Source of the DNA: Rebecca billardiae RCC1528 | Taxonomy: Eukaryota; Protista; Haptophyta | NCBI GenBank assembly: GCA_965240325.2 | Contig: OZ251225.1 | Location: 744,001-808,000 of the forward strand | Direction of reading: 5' to 3' | Length of the DNA stretch: 64,000 nt | Shown: positions 22,201 to 33,300 of the stretch, piece by piece | How the letters are laid out: every line of letters starts with the position of its first letter | Position numbering within the stretch: the stretch's first letter is position 1 | The notes under the pieces: generated by a model | Told to the model about the DNA's origin: nothing | What the model saw: only the letters and a program-made list of their open reading frames with translations | The model's database searches: none | Made by a program: the position numbers and the translations under genes

Positions 22201-25200
22201 CAATCACACCGCAGAGCGGTGCTGGAAGCTACATCCAGACTTGCGGCCACCCAGGCCGCCCGGCGCACCAAGGCAGGGCAACTTCAGGCTGCCCGCCAAG
22301 CCCGGCGGGCGCGACAGCAAGTTCATCAAAGTACCTCCGCCCCAAAAGCGGGCGGGGAGGCCACGGGCCCAGATGGTGCAAGACGAGGACATCGACCCGG
22401 AGCCCGATGACGCAGATCTCGAGCCGACGCAATACGCGTATCTGGACTCGGGCGCGTCCCAATCATTTGTCGATATCAACCTCGGCCTGCTACACAATGC
22501 TCACCCGATCAGCATGTCTGTCAAGGTCGCCAAGCGCGACATTGAGCTACACGCATCCAAGGCAGGCGACATGTACGTATACTTACTCGACGCCGACTCA
22601 GACACAACCGTGCCGGTGTGCCTGGAAAACGTCGTCGGAGTCGAAGATCTCGATACTACTCTCTTTTCAGTCAACGCGTTCGCCGCGGTCGGAATGGCTG
22701 TGGTGTTCGACGAACGACCATACATCCGCATCGGCCCCAAGAGGGTTCATTTGCGCCCCGACAACACGGTCGGATTCAAGGCAGTCGTACCCAAGGCCGA
22801 GACAGCCATGCCGGCCACCGCGGACGACGTGCCACCAGACGTCGACCCGATCAAGAACGGGCGGAAGATCACGCTCTGGCAATCCAGACTAGGATATGCC
22901 GATATCAAGCGTGTACGCGCAACCTACCGCGCGAACGACAAGATGTCGGAGGCATCGCCCTGCACGTACCAGCCCTCCGACGTTGCCAAGTTCAAGGCCA
23001 AGCCGTTCCCGGGCACACGTGAGAGAACAACTCGACCGCTCGAGATGCTCCACAACGATGTCATCGGGCCCATCAACGGGCTGCCCGCAAAGACTCCAAG
23101 GTGGGGAACTCTATTCATCGATGATTTTTCCGGATACATGCGCTTCTACGACATGCAAAACAAGGCTGAAGCGCCGGAGAAGCTCGACCTCATGGCCAGC
23201 GAGATGGGAGCCAACTCTCTATCCGCCACCATGCAGAACAAGGGCATCGCCGGATGCACCATTCACCTCGACGGAGGCCGAGAGTTACACTCAAAGAATT
23301 GGAACCGAGTCCTTCGCAGGTACGACATGCTATGCAACTACATGTCGCCCCCCCACACGCAGCAGCTGAACGGCGTCGCCGAACGTGGCCTCGGAGTCAT
23401 CATGAATGACGCCAGGACAATGCTGTACCTCTCAGGCGTACACCACAAATGGTGGTATTGGGCAGCCAAGTGCGCTGCCGCGCAACGCAACCTGATGAGC
23501 AAGCATCCTACCAGCGATGGCAAGCTGGTTTCACCGCACGAGCTGATGTTTGGCACCTCGCCCGGGCCCTTCCTGCAAAAGCTGAGAGTTTGGGGCTCGC
23601 CCTGCATCTACCTCGTACAGTCGATCAACAAGCAGAACAAGCTACTCCCGCGCGCGCGGGAGGGCATCTTACTGGGATACGGATTTGACGGTATCTTCGA
23701 GCGAGGCACCATCAAGCGATCGCACGGATACATCGTTTTGAGTGCCGACGACGGGAAAATCGTCATCACTCGGCACGTCAAGTTCAACGAGCAAGTCATT
23801 TTGGATCGAATCTCTACGCATTTCAAGGAGATCCGCGAAATTCGGGACCCCCTGCTGGCGTGGAGCGCTCGGCGACCTCCTCAAGGTGCAGATGCTGGTA
23901 AGACCCGTGACAGCAACACCAACGAGGAGGGCGACGAAGAGTTTGCCAGCAGCAGCAGTGACGCCGACAGCGACTCCGAGCGCGGAGGAGACGATCCGCC
24001 ATCGCCGGACGAGGAATCAGACGACGATGACAAGGACGACAGGGACAAACCCGACGACGACGAGAAGGGAAATGATGGCGACGGCGACGACGGTGATGGA
24101 GACGGCCCCGGAGCTGGAGGCAGACCATCGCAGAGCAATACGCCACCGCAGCCAAAGCAGCCTCCTCCCTCCGCCGATCGCCGCCCACAGCGGACTCGCA
24201 ACATGACTGGCAAGTCATACTTCCCGCCGACGCGGCGCGCGCGCGCGCGCGCGCAGCTCGCGCAGCTCGCATCAGATATCCCGGTACCTACATCGTTCAA
24301 GGAAGCGATGGAGAGCAAGCAAGCATCCGATTGGACAAGGGCTATCATGGAAGAATACGAGGCCCACGACAGGCTGGGCACATTCACGCCCGTCATTGTT
24401 CCCAAAGGGAAAGCAATTATCCCATCGAAGCTGGTCTTCAAGGTCAAAGCCAATCCAGATGGTACCATCGAACGGTACAAGGCAAGATTGGTTGGTCAAG
24501 GCTTCCGCCAGATTCAAGGAGTCAATTACGACGAGGTGTTCTCGCCTACTATCCGGTACGAGAACGTACGCCTCCTATTGGCACTGACGACGGAGCTACG
24601 AACACCAGAAAGACCTTGGATCATCCACTCCGCAGACGTGAGTACGGCGTACCTCCAAGCCCCATTGGAGGACGGCCTGAAGATCTACACTACGCTACCC
24701 CCGCTGTACCCGTGTGCCCTCAAGCCACCCGAGGGACACGTGGTCGCGGCTGACTGGGATATGGCCCTTCCAGGATTTAAGCAGAGCGGCAGACGATGGC
24801 ACATCCGCCTCAGCCAGAAACTGCGAGAGAAAGGATTCAAGAAACTCACACAGTCGGAGTGCATCTTCGTCCGCACCTCAGGAGACATCATCGACGTCAT
24901 CGCAGTGTACGTGGACGACCTGCTTATTCTGAGCAGCTCCCCCGACAGCGCAAGACCCAGCTCGATTATCGGAGAAATTCGAAAAGAATTCACCCTCCGG
25001 GATCTGGGACCAGCAACGACTTTCCTGGGCATGAGTATCGCCCAGGGGCCCAAGTCGACGACTATCTCCATGTCACAGTACATCACCGATCTCCTCAAGA
25101 AGCACGACATGAGCGACATTACGCCCGTCGACAACCCGTGCAGATCGGCAGCAGAGCATCCGACAGCAGTCGAGACAGACGACTCATCATCGTGCTCGCC

Positions 25201-25888
25201 GGAGGAATCAAAGACCTACCGAGCAATTGTCGGAGCGCTACTATTCATCATGAACACCTGCCGACCCGACATCAGCTACGCAGTCAATATGTTGGCAAGG
25301 CACATGGCGAGCCCAAGCTCGAACGACCTTAAAGGTGCCAAGCGAGTGCTCAGGTACTTGGCAGGGACAAAGAATTCCGGCATCACTTTCACACCAACGG
25401 CTACTACTCAGCCACGAACGGAGATGTTTGTGGACTCGGACTGGGCCAACGATACAAAAGATCGCCGCTCGACCGGAAGCTATATCTACTTCCATGCTGG
25501 CGGCCCAGTATCGTGGCGCACCTTCAAGCAGTCAATCACAACCCTCTCATCATGTGAGGCCGAATATGTCGCACTCGCGGAAGGAGCCAAAGAGGCAGTT
25601 TACCTACGCGACGTCATCAGCGATATCCTCAACATTCCAAAGACTCCCATTGTGATCCACGAGGACAACAAGGGGGCGATTGATCTCTCAAAGAACAGCA
25701 TTCATCATAAGCGCACCAAGCACATCGACGTACGACACCATTTTATTCGAGATTGTGTCGACCTCGGTGCAGTCAACATCACCAAGGTGCACACATCGGA
25801 AAACATCGCCGATTGTCTGACCAAGGCGCTACCCAAGGACAAGTTCACCAAATTTCGAGACATCATGGTTACACCAGTTTCGAATTGA
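19235..25888 (+). CDS. Copia gag-pol polyprotein (2217 aa) with long N-terminal extension
   Basis: Zn knuckle CSHCGLRNHTAERC. Protease YLDSGAS. Integrase HNDVIGP/HLDGGRE/NGVAER. RT YKARLV..YVDDLL. RNase H DSDWA/EAEY/EDN/ADCLTK. IN lies before RT, the Copia order. Confidence 0.97.
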   Translation: MSSGVHNVVRSYDQRKRTRIDRLRHHGSPMLLDIDFGDNAGSARNDTGRKEDIEFPSSRWYDQGGSPRTFYEDRRSSIEKRDRHDGHYPRGEQGPSRQGNGGGRHHAPTEYKHHRRSDDNLVPYDGTRFAESTRPSNSAHAHWHPPHSRGHRYHPSHDSEAERAAPRTGARATEPMTIPSAQERSSAHDKYPNGPRPSGTLGWDYKQPVVLPEQWRVPPSSQKDDSPSSQSLHRDATTQTESPDSASPTATGHDQHGGSSVAAPEADAMAGDIPTISVVTDFKEPHSHYPFDPGQITGEQRSEPFEEFAPQLDDLARGSTPPPDALSLNDVLNVLKDAAIDINGLVYQDPMDIGDDIFTIGGMCSDSSDRPQSILCCNKAAWEHAARDKHRMSSYLCTYPLLAVSSWYGVGETFDCIIPEIPARKNMGNGIYCSQWSEIDDDDPKSRQPCDNQSCTSMHCTLECIICGMGRVCSYRCADAIQVQHQLECEQIIQFAAMNDGIDIDDDGIHFHRQDGPVAAADRRSLSVVNDAGASLDDICPWRPSKRCTIYSGGFIAAAAERQGHNYTVGDYVRERDELHQSKFDLMFHCNDALLQPGVACFLHKEFYGLTSEASEGHSPADDGPPGGVTNYPPATTGDDNSAQQSSDGDESSTSSDMGSYATAEDHIETSSLDASPRTRRNGGEACITYLPDAHAMMAVQTSQPGVGSYKLNFFTIKSKMAIHGAIKDAVTEVKASFKGRATDTTSSMVTLVEARLSGYALAEAAVWTAENAIREPYATAFANMDADTTIMQMTIVYERSVEVLFKRIKDMMLPSLFSYLESKRHIVNPNENFLNLHTLLEIFEHELNVSTMSELRAEFKKLYPDRPTPVSGPEMIKQTVEMVRASRYRELDDATLLVFKLYNGMHEHPEVYSTVISIYGSMSPQQCVAQTEQLTAQIEDAYRRWTQSPKGRQATQRDPKRGGPAHALNTEEADRRQPAVTCSHCGLRNHTAERCWKLHPDLRPPRPPGAPRQGNFRLPAKPGGRDSKFIKVPPPQKRAGRPRAQMVQDEDIDPEPDDADLEPTQYAYLDSGASQSFVDINLGLLHNAHPISMSVKVAKRDIELHASKAGDMYVYLLDADSDTTVPVCLENVVGVEDLDTTLFSVNAFAAVGMAVVFDERPYIRIGPKRVHLRPDNTVGFKAVVPKAETAMPATADDVPPDVDPIKNGRKITLWQSRLGYADIKRVRATYRANDKMSEASPCTYQPSDVAKFKAKPFPGTRERTTRPLEMLHNDVIGPINGLPAKTPRWGTLFIDDFSGYMRFYDMQNKAEAPEKLDLMASEMGANSLSATMQNKGIAGCTIHLDGGRELHSKNWNRVLRRYDMLCNYMSPPHTQQLNGVAERGLGVIMNDARTMLYLSGVHHKWWYWAAKCAAAQRNLMSKHPTSDGKLVSPHELMFGTSPGPFLQKLRVWGSPCIYLVQSINKQNKLLPRAREGILLGYGFDGIFERGTIKRSHGYIVLSADDGKIVITRHVKFNEQVILDRISTHFKEIREIRDPLLAWSARRPPQGADAGKTRDSNTNEEGDEEFASSSSDADSDSERGGDDPPSPDEESDDDDKDDRDKPDDDEKGNDGDGDDGDGDGPGAGGRPSQSNTPPQPKQPPPSADRRPQRTRNMTGKSYFPPTRRARARAQLAQLASDIPVPTSFKEAMESKQASDWTRAIMEEYEAHDRLGTFTPVIVPKGKAIIPSKLVFKVKANPDGTIERYKARLVGQGFRQIQGVNYDEVFSPTIRYENVRLLLALTTELRTPERPWIIHSADVSTAYLQAPLEDGLKIYTTLPPLYPCALKPPEGHVVAADWDMALPGFKQSGRRWHIRLSQKLREKGFKKLTQSECIFVRTSGDIIDVIAVYVDDLLILSSSPDSARPSSIIGEIRKEFTLRDLGPATTFLGMSIAQGPKSTTISMSQYITDLLKKHDMSDITPVDNPCRSAAEHPTAVETDDSSSCSPEESKTYRAIVGALLFIMNTCRPDISYAVNMLARHMASPSSNDLKGAKRVLRYLAGTKNSGITFTPTATTQPRTEMFVDSDWANDTKDRRSTGSYIYFHAGGPVSWRTFKQSITTLSSCEAEYVALAEGAKEAVYLRDVISDILNIPKTPIVIHEDNKGAIDLSKNSIHHKRTKHIDVRHHFIRDCVDLGAVNITKVHTSENIADCLTKALPKDKFTKFRDIMVTPVSN

Positions 25889-25895
25889 GGGGGCG

Positions 25896-26448
25896 TGTCA
25901 AAGTCCAAGGCAGCCATCGGCGCCATTCCCCAGCTCGAGACTTTAATTCCAAGGCGCTGAGCAATTTCAGCCGCCAAGCTACAGGCTTTCATCATGCAAT
26001 TCAATCGGTTTCACCATTCAAGAGCAAGGCCAACAGCAGCCATTGTTCATGCAAGTTACTACTCCAAAGATAAGGAGCATCGGCACACACATGAGGTCTT
26101 CGGACTACACATCCAAGGGTCCAGGGATTCTTCACCACTTGGGAAGGTACCCTGAACTGGACCAGAGACTACCATGCAGTCATCAGAACTTTCTTTTCAT
26201 TTCGAGGAGACGTCCCGATCATCACAGGAAGCTTTCGTGCAATGACCCGAAGGCAATCAACGGAATTCCGAGAGCATTCCGACCGAGGAAAGCAGGCACA
26301 CGAAGATTCCAAAATCTTCGATGCCACTTCCATCAGCTTTCACCAGACTGAAACATCAGTTACCTGAAACCAGCCATCAGCAAGGGGGACGCCCCTTCGC
26401 CCCACGAAACACAGTAAGGACCGCACGACACGCGCGAAGCGCCAATCA
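25896..26448 (+). repeat. 3' LTR
   Basis: Copy of the 5' LTR, followed by TATAT. Confidence 0.97.
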
Positions 26449-26587
26449 TATATATCTTATTATCTAGTAGTAGTCGCCGTCTACTGTCGGTCGCCAGGTC
26501 TGACTCTGCGGCACTCAGACTCAGTCACTCTGCCAGGTGTCCGACTCCGACTCCGAGTCCGAGGTTACACGCCCCGCGGTCGGGACC

Positions 26588-27757
26588 TCATTCTGATGAC
26601 TCCGAATCCGATGAGTCCAGTCGGTGACGGCGTGAGGGTAGAGGGAGCGAGCGGGTCACCCGGGCGTCAAGCAGCACGGCCCCAGGCTGGGCTACCCCTG
26701 ACGCATTGCCTCGGCCAGCTCCCAGTGACACGCCGGCCCCGACGTGTGCCGCAGCAGCTGGGTGCCGAGCTGTGAAGAGCGCTTTTGGCGTGGTGCCATG
26801 GCCGCCCGCCTGCCCTGACTTTTGAGGCTGGCAGAAAGTCTGCACGAAACGCTGTGCGGGGAGACCGTGGTCCGGCGCGGGGTTCCCGGCGGCGCGGTGC
26901 GCGTAAGGGCAGAGCGTGAGCACCGCAGGGCACGAGCGCACGAGCCGCTTGATCTGCATCTTGCTGCCGCCCCAGGCTGCATGGCCCCAGCCAAACCATG
27001 GCTTATGCACGCCCAAGGGCACTGCGCGACCGTCCCACACGGTCTCGACGGCGAAGCGCTGCGCGGAAGAGGCGGGCGCCTTGCGGAAGGCTGGCATGTC
27101 CGCCGCATACTCGAGCACAAACATGTCGACGTTCACCGGGTGGAAGCGGTTGTGGTGTGGGTGTTGCCGCGCGCGCCGGAGCAGCTGAGCCACCTTGCGC
27201 GGTTGCGAGAGGGAGAGGCCCGAGTTGCAGCAGCAGCGCTCGGCGCCGAGCCGGCGACCGTGGCACCAGGGCACAGAAGGGCGCCACGGAGCGCCGACGA
27301 AGTCGAACTGCGTGAAATTCGACAGCTTGGTGGCGGCGCCGGGGCAGAGCACCGCATCGCGCTCGAAGAGCAGCACATGGCCTTGCTCCGTGGGCAGCAG
27401 CGCTTCCCAGAAGGCGGGCTGACGGAGCTGCTCGTTGTACTCGGCGCGCGTGAGCTTATAATCGACCTTGCGCGTCACCAACTTGCCCGCCTGCAGCGCC
27501 GGGCCCAGAACGTCGCTTGCGCGCAGCCGCGTGCGCTCATCGGCGCCAAGCTCGTGGTCAGTGAGCCAGTGCACGCGCACTTCGCGCGGGAGCATGACAA
27601 CAAAGTGCTCGAGGGAGTGCACGAGCAGCTCGTCCAGCTTGGGGTCGATGATGATCGCCGTCACCGACACCCGCCCGCCCTGCCGCGGCGGTGGTGTGGC
27701 CGCGGCGTGCACGAGCCCTATCGTCAGCAATGCCGCCACCAAGGTCCGAACCGCCAT
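26588..27757 (-). CDS. Secreted DUF5672-family (glycosyltransferase-like) protein
   Basis: Signal peptide MAVRTLVAALLTIGLVHA. Motifs HVLLFERDAVLC, FDFVGAPW, NSGLSL, FAVET, PLGVHKPW. Confidence 0.8.
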   Translation of the reverse strand: MAVRTLVAALLTIGLVHAAATPPPRQGGRVSVTAIIIDPKLDELLVHSLEHFVVMLPREVRVHWLTDHELGADERTRLRASDVLGPALQAGKLVTRKVDYKLTRAEYNEQLRQPAFWEALLPTEQGHVLLFERDAVLCPGAATKLSNFTQFDFVGAPWRPSVPWCHGRRLGAERCCCNSGLSLSQPRKVAQLLRRARQHPHHNRFHPVNVDMFVLEYAADMPAFRKAPASSAQRFAVETVWDGRAVPLGVHKPWFGWGHAAWGGSKMQIKRLVRSCPAVLTLCPYAHRAAGNPAPDHGLPAQRFVQTFCQPQKSGQAGGHGTTPKALFTARHPAAAAHVGAGVSLGAGRGNASGVAQPGAVLLDARVTRSLPLPSRRHRLDSSDSESSE

Positions 27758-28089
27758 GCTGCGGAAAGCGAGGCAGATCAAGTAGGCCGTCTCACCGGTT
27801 GTCGACTTGTCGTGGCCTTGTCCGGCTGCCCAACGGCAAGGGTGGTCGATCCGGCTTGGCAGCCTCCGTCAGGCCGTGCGTCCGGTGGGTCACTGCCACT
27901 ACTGGCGGCACTGGGGCCCACTCTACCAACCTTGACTACAGGCGTGTCCGCTTGACTCTACTGAGACTGAGTACCTTAGTAGGCCTGACCGTAGCACTCG
28001 GCTGATGACTGTGCCCATGGGCCGCAGTCCCCCGGAACCGCGTACAGTACACGGATGACGGAACGCAACCAACACGCGTCACAGCTAGC

Positions 28090-30361
28090 TTAGCGCTTGC
28101 CCGTGTGGAACAAGTAGAGCACCAGCCCAAAGGCCACCTGGAAGCCGATCGCGTAGTAGGCGAGGATACGCAGGTCGCAGTCCACACACACGTCGTCCAT
28201 GTCGTAGAATTCGAGCACGTCCGTCCCGTTGGCAAACATCGACGAGTTGAGGCCGGTGATGACGGAGAACTCGTTGTACATGAAGATGCGGAAGGTGTAC
28301 GAGTGCGGCGCGATCACATAGCCCCAGTACAGGTAGTCGGGGATGTCGTCTCGCACCTTGAAGAAGCCTTGGCACAGCATGAAGAAGCCGAACACGCCTG
28401 CGCCCAGCGCGATGCCGATGATGTAGTGAGGCACGCACGCCGCCATGAACGCCATGAACGCCTCGGCAAACATGAGCGAGAGGAAGAGGTCGAGAGTGTA
28501 CACCCAGAAGCCGTTCATATCCGTCATCCCGATAATGATGCCAGACGAGACGATCGTGATCAGAAAGACGCCGGGCATGGAGACGAGCCACTTGGAGAGC
28601 ACGTACTCGAGCACGCCGTAGGAGCCGTTGAACCGCTCCTTCACAAACACCTCGCGCTGGATCATGAAGAAGGGCAGCACCGCGACGGACATGAAGACCA
28701 TGAACGCCGCGACGTAGAAGATGATGGACACGCGCGCGGAGCTGTCCGACAGGCGGGCCAGGGCGCGTGCGCAGGGCGGTCGGCGCGTGCGGTTGGGCGA
28801 GTGTGGGGCCGGAGCGCGCCGAGAGGGCGGCACGCGGCACGCGCCCGAGCTTGAGCTCGGGCGCGAGGGTGGGCGCGGCGTCACGCGGGGACATGCGCGC
28901 GCGCGCGCACATGTCCTCGTCCTCGTCGTCGCCCTCGAGACCGAAGAACATGGCGCCGATGAGGAAGGAGAGCATCGAGTACATCACGAGGCGCACCACC
29001 ACGATCCCCGGATCGCGCAGGATCTCGCGCCCATCCCGGTACAGCAGCACGGCCAGCCGGATGGGCCAGATCGCGCGCGTGCGCGGAGGCGCGACGACGT
29101 TGTCCTCCGGGAGGTCTCCCGCCTCGAGGTGCGCGAGCGTCTTCATCTTGGCGAGCGTGCCCTCCCGCTTCATCATCGGCGGCGGCTGCGGGCCCAGCGG
29201 GTCCGTCGGCCTCTGCTTCACCTGCACCTTCCACCGCTCGATCAGCATGGTGGTGTCAGCGTGGTTGGGGAAGTCCTTGTTGATCAGCCCGAGGATGAAG
29301 TCCGCCGGGTTGGCCATCGGTGGGCATGGATAGCCAAGCTCGGAGAAGTAGTCGACGACGTCCATGCCCGCACGCCCGAAGTAGACGACGCGGCCGTCCA
29401 CCATGAAGCAAACCTGCGAGCGCCAGCGGCCGCGGCAGTGGCGGCACGGCCGGAGCGGGTGAGGATGCGAGCGTGTGAGCGGCGTGCGCCGTCGGCGGCG
29501 TGCGGCCGGCGTCGGCCTCCGGTCGCGCGCGCGCGCAGAGAGCCTGCCCGCTAGGCAGTGGGCGAGCGCACACGCCCCCCCCTCCCCCCTCCCCCCCCCC
29601 CCTCCCCACCACCCACCCCCCCGCGCGCGCACCTTGTCGAAGCGCTCCCAGATCTCGGAGGCGGGCTGGTGGATGGTGCAGAGCACGGTGCAGCCGTCGC
29701 TGTGCGCGAGCTGACGCAGCAGCTCGATGACGGCGAGCGCGGAGGCCGAGTCGAGGCCGGAGGTGGGCTCGTCGAGCAGCAGCAGCGACGGCTCCGTGAG
29801 CAGCTGCTCCGCCAGCGAGAGACGGCGCTTCTGCCCTCCCGACAGGCCCTTCATGAAGATGTTGCCCACGATGGTGTCCTGGGCGGACACGAGGCCGAGC
29901 CGCTCAATCATCGGGTCGATCTTGTCGGTGGAGATGCCCGCGAGTCGCGCCGCGTTGAACAGCACCTCGCGCACCGTGAGCACGCCCACGAGCGCGTCCT
30001 CCTGCTGCACGTACACGGCGATCTTGCCGAAGCCGCGCGATGTGAGCTTCTTGTCGTTCAGCCGGACCTCGCCAAGCACCTCGCGGCCTCGGCGGAACGG
30101 GTCGATGCGCCGCGCGATCAGGTCGAGGAGCGACGTCTTTCCGGCCCCCGATGGACCCATCAGCGCGACCACCTCGCCCGGCTGCGCGATGCCCGTGCAG
30201 CTCTTCAGCACCTGCTTGTCGCGCACACGGTAGGTCAGGTCCTCCCACTCGAGCTTGGCGGGCGCGACCTTGACGCGCGAGGCGCGGCGTGGTTGGCCCC
30301 CGTCGCCTGCGACCGGGGACATTGGTGTGTCGCTGACGCCCTTGCGCACGATCCCGAACAT
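28090..30361 (-). CDS. ABCG (White-type) half transporter, 3 exons
   Basis: Walker A GPSGAGKT, signature LSGGQKRR, Walker B LLLLDEPTSGLD, TIHQP. TMD with FVKERFNGSY. GT-AG introns 29414-29632 and 28742-28910 restore the frame. Confidence 0.95.
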
Positions 30362-30934
30362 TCACGTGGAGCGGTGCGCTCCCCTTCGCGTGAGGGCGAA
30401 AAGTGACCGCGCGCCTAGAAGGGGCCCCGTGTGGATCCGCTGCGGCGTCGCTCGGTCAAAGAACGGCGCGCGCTGGCTCGGCGCGTTGCGAAAGGCAGTA
30501 AGGCACGACGCGTGCACGGACGCACGAGCTAGACGACAGGAACCAGCAGTCCGGCACAAGTTGAGCACTGAGCAGCGCTCAAATTTATGCACCGTGATTA
30601 ATTTGGTAAGGGAACTGTACCCGCGCGCACCCGCAAGTGGGGCAACTTTTCGCTTTCCCCCGAGTACAGGTCTCAGAACGACATACCGAGCGAGCCCGCG
30701 AGCCGGCCTGATTCAGCGAGATTCATCCAATCACACCATGTCAATCACGAACCAGTATGTTGTCCTGGATTCTCCCCCGACGACCGCCCAGGCCTGGGCA
30801 GCCTTTGCTCCTGACCACCGTTCTCCGAATTGACCTCTCACACGGCTGGTGAGCACTGAGCAGCGGCGCCGCGCGCGCGCTCTCAGAGCGCCGCGCAAAA
30901 GTGACCTCGAAGAGGAGCGGCAGCGCGCTCGCCC

Positions 30935-31258
30935 ATGGGCACTCCAAGCCCGCCGCCGAGCCCGCCGCCGCGCCCGCCGCCCCCGAGCCCGAGCCCGCCG
31001 GCACCACCAGCGCGCCCACCGTTCCCTTCCCTGCCGCCCACGCCGCCGCCGGCCTCGCCGCCACCCCTGACGGACATCCCAAACGCGTTTGCGCTGTCAC
31101 TCGGGCTCGGTGCCCTGGGTTTCGTGGTCGTGGTCGCGCTGCTCAGCTTCGTGCTCAAGCAGGTGACGCGAGCGCGCCGAAAGAAGGCGTCTGCACATGA
31201 TGGCACCGCCATCGAAGGGGGCGGCGAGGAGGAGCCTGCTGCCACCCGTGCATCATGA
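30935..31258 (+). CDS. Small proline-rich single-pass membrane protein
   Basis: SPPP-rich N-terminus, hydrophobic helix AFALSLGLGALGFVVVVALLSFVL, then basic RARRKK. Confidence 0.55.
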   Translation: MGTPSPPPSPPPRPPPPSPSPPAPPARPPFPSLPPTPPPASPPPLTDIPNAFALSLGLGALGFVVVVALLSFVLKQVTRARRKKASAHDGTAIEGGGEEEPAATRAS

Positions 31259-32161
31259 GGAAGCAGCTCGTCTCGGTGGCGCCGCATACTGTCAGCGAAG
31301 ACCCTTTCTGCCAAGCCCACGTCTCTGACGGTCTGACCACGCTCTGCACAATTATGACCGTTGTGCTCTTTCTGGAATGCATATGGGGGCGTGCTGACGG
31401 TCTACATCTGCCTGGGCGTTCTGGGCGTGCTGCCAATGCGTATCTCAGTCCGGTCCGGGCCGTTCCAGAGACTCCCGGAGCGGTTTACGGGCGCCGTCAC
31501 TGTGGCGATGACGGCCCGGGGCCGGGCCGATGCACGTTCGGAGTGGCCTACATGGAATGGGCTCCTCGGGTGGCAGAGTGACGACTCTGACGCGGATTCT
31601 GTCACCGTCACGGCGCTGGCAACTCACGCGACGTACGAGGCGGTGCGGGCACGGCCACGGGCCCTGAGGGATAACTCTATGCCAGGGGTATGCACGTACG
31701 CTGAAATTCTGAAAATCGAACGTAGGACTGTGGTGATAACGACCGAAGGCTCGTGGTAACTTACTAATCTGCAGCCGCACCGGCTGAGCCGGACAGTGAA
31801 CAGTCTCGCGCGCGGGCAACTAACGGGCCGCGGGCGTAATGCCGCAGGCCGCACGTGAAGGCACGCGGCTCGACTCGCGCGACAGGCGCCGTACCAAAAG
31901 GCAGTCGCCAGAGCCATCGGCTCCATGGCTTGCCGAGCCAGCGGGGGAGCGCACCGAGCGCGTTTTCTTGACTTAGTCAGCAGTCTCAGCTGCGACATTC
32001 CTGCGACATATTCTGCGCTATTTCTCACTCACATTCCCGCCTCCCCCGCCCGGGTTTGTGCTGCAGGCCTGCAGCTGACGCAGATTCGCGCACCCGGACT
32101 GCTGTCGAGTTCGAGTAGATTCCGCTCGGCAAGACGGCAACTCTCGTCTGATTCGGCGACG

Positions 32162-33115
32162 ATGTCGACGAACGGCACTGCCTCTCGCGAAACGCAGATA
32201 GCAGTGCAGACGTGCGAGCTGTCGTACGGGAGCTCGGACGCGCAGTTTGTGCGTTTGTACAGTGTCGAGTACGAGCCTGATCAAGCCACACAACGCGTGG
32301 CTGTACTCCTCCACGGCGGCTTCTGGCGTGACCGGTACACGGTGGACAACGCGTTCACGCGTGAGGTGGCGCATGCTCTCGTGGCACGTGGCTGGTCGGC
32401 ATGCTACTCGATCGAATACAGACGCGTTGGTCCGACGCAAGGCGGTTGGCCACGCACAAACCACGATGTGCTCGCGGCCCTCGTCTGCATCCGGCTCCAC
32501 ATGGAGGAGTCATCGTGCTGGCAAAGCGCACACGTGGCGCTCATTGGGCACAGCGCAGGTGGGACGCTGGCGCTCTGGGCCGGTCACTGCAGCGCAGTCG
32601 CGCGCCGCTCGCCCGAGAGGGTGCCTGCGGCATTTGTCGACTTGGCGACCCGTGCACTGGTGCCGCATCTCGTCGTGGCCATCGCCCCCATCGTCGACCT
32701 CGTCGCAGGCTCGCGCGCGGCGCTCTCGGACGGCGGAGATGCCATAGCTCTCTATCTGGGAGGTGACCCGGCGCGAGACGATGAGGCGTTCGAGCGCGCT
32801 CAGTTGGCGTCGCCATCATCGGCGTGCGCGCCGGCGTGCCTCGTCCCCTGCATCGTGGTCGCCGGCGCAAAGGATGTGGACGTGCCTCCGCAATACGTGC
32901 ATCGACCGCCTTTTGCACCAGCGTCAGCGCAGTCCGATGGGCAGAGAGCCCCTGGTAATGTGGGCCATGCGCGCGGCAGCCGTGGCAGCAGCTGCAAGCT
33001 TCTTCTCGTCGAGGCGGACCACTACACCATGTTCGATGGCACGTCGGCTGGATTCACCACGATCATCGCCGAGGCCGAGCGAGCTCTCGAGGCAGCAGAC
33101 AAGCCATCTGCTTGA
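32162..33115 (+). CDS. Alpha/beta hydrolase (HSL/BD-FAE-like esterase)
   Basis: HGGFW oxyanion hole, IEYRR, GHSAGG nucleophile elbow, GAKDVDVP Asp, ADHY His. Confidence 0.9.
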   Translation: MSTNGTASRETQIAVQTCELSYGSSDAQFVRLYSVEYEPDQATQRVAVLLHGGFWRDRYTVDNAFTREVAHALVARGWSACYSIEYRRVGPTQGGWPRTNHDVLAALVCIRLHMEESSCWQSAHVALIGHSAGGTLALWAGHCSAVARRSPERVPAAFVDLATRALVPHLVVAIAPIVDLVAGSRAALSDGGDAIALYLGGDPARDDEAFERAQLASPSSACAPACLVPCIVVAGAKDVDVPPQYVHRPPFAPASAQSDGQRAPGNVGHARGSRGSSCKLLLVEADHYTMFDGTSAGFTTIIAEAERALEAADKPSA

Positions 33116-33122
33116 AGATACT

Positions 33123-33300
33123 GGCCCGCGGTGACGCAGGGCGGAGCGCGCAGCGTGGAGCCTGCCGTGCGGGCACTAACCACGCTTCAAACAGATCTTT
33201 GATCCAAAAAAAGGGACGGGGCCGGGGCGCGATATATTTCGTCAGTGATGGTGACCGAGTTTCGTTTTTTTATTTTTTTCGGACGGCGGATTTTTGAGAC
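33123..33300 (+). mobile_element. Solo terminal fragment of the 4888-10380 TIR family
   Basis: GGCCCGCGGTGACGCAGGGCGGAGCGCGCAGCGTGGAGCC..AGATCTTTGATC..ACCGAGTTTCG matches 4888-5030. Confidence 0.85.

Larger units (their letters stand above)
18683..26448 (+). mobile_element. Full-length Ty1/Copia LTR retrotransposon
   Basis: 553-bp TG..CA LTRs, TATAT 5-bp TSD, PPT GAGGGGG before the 3' LTR, single gag-PR-IN-RT-RH ORF. Confidence 0.98.

Noticed and set aside
32162-33115. Horizontal transfer of the intronless hydrolase
   Set aside because: Many host genes here are intronless and composition is unremarkable; needs a phylogeny.
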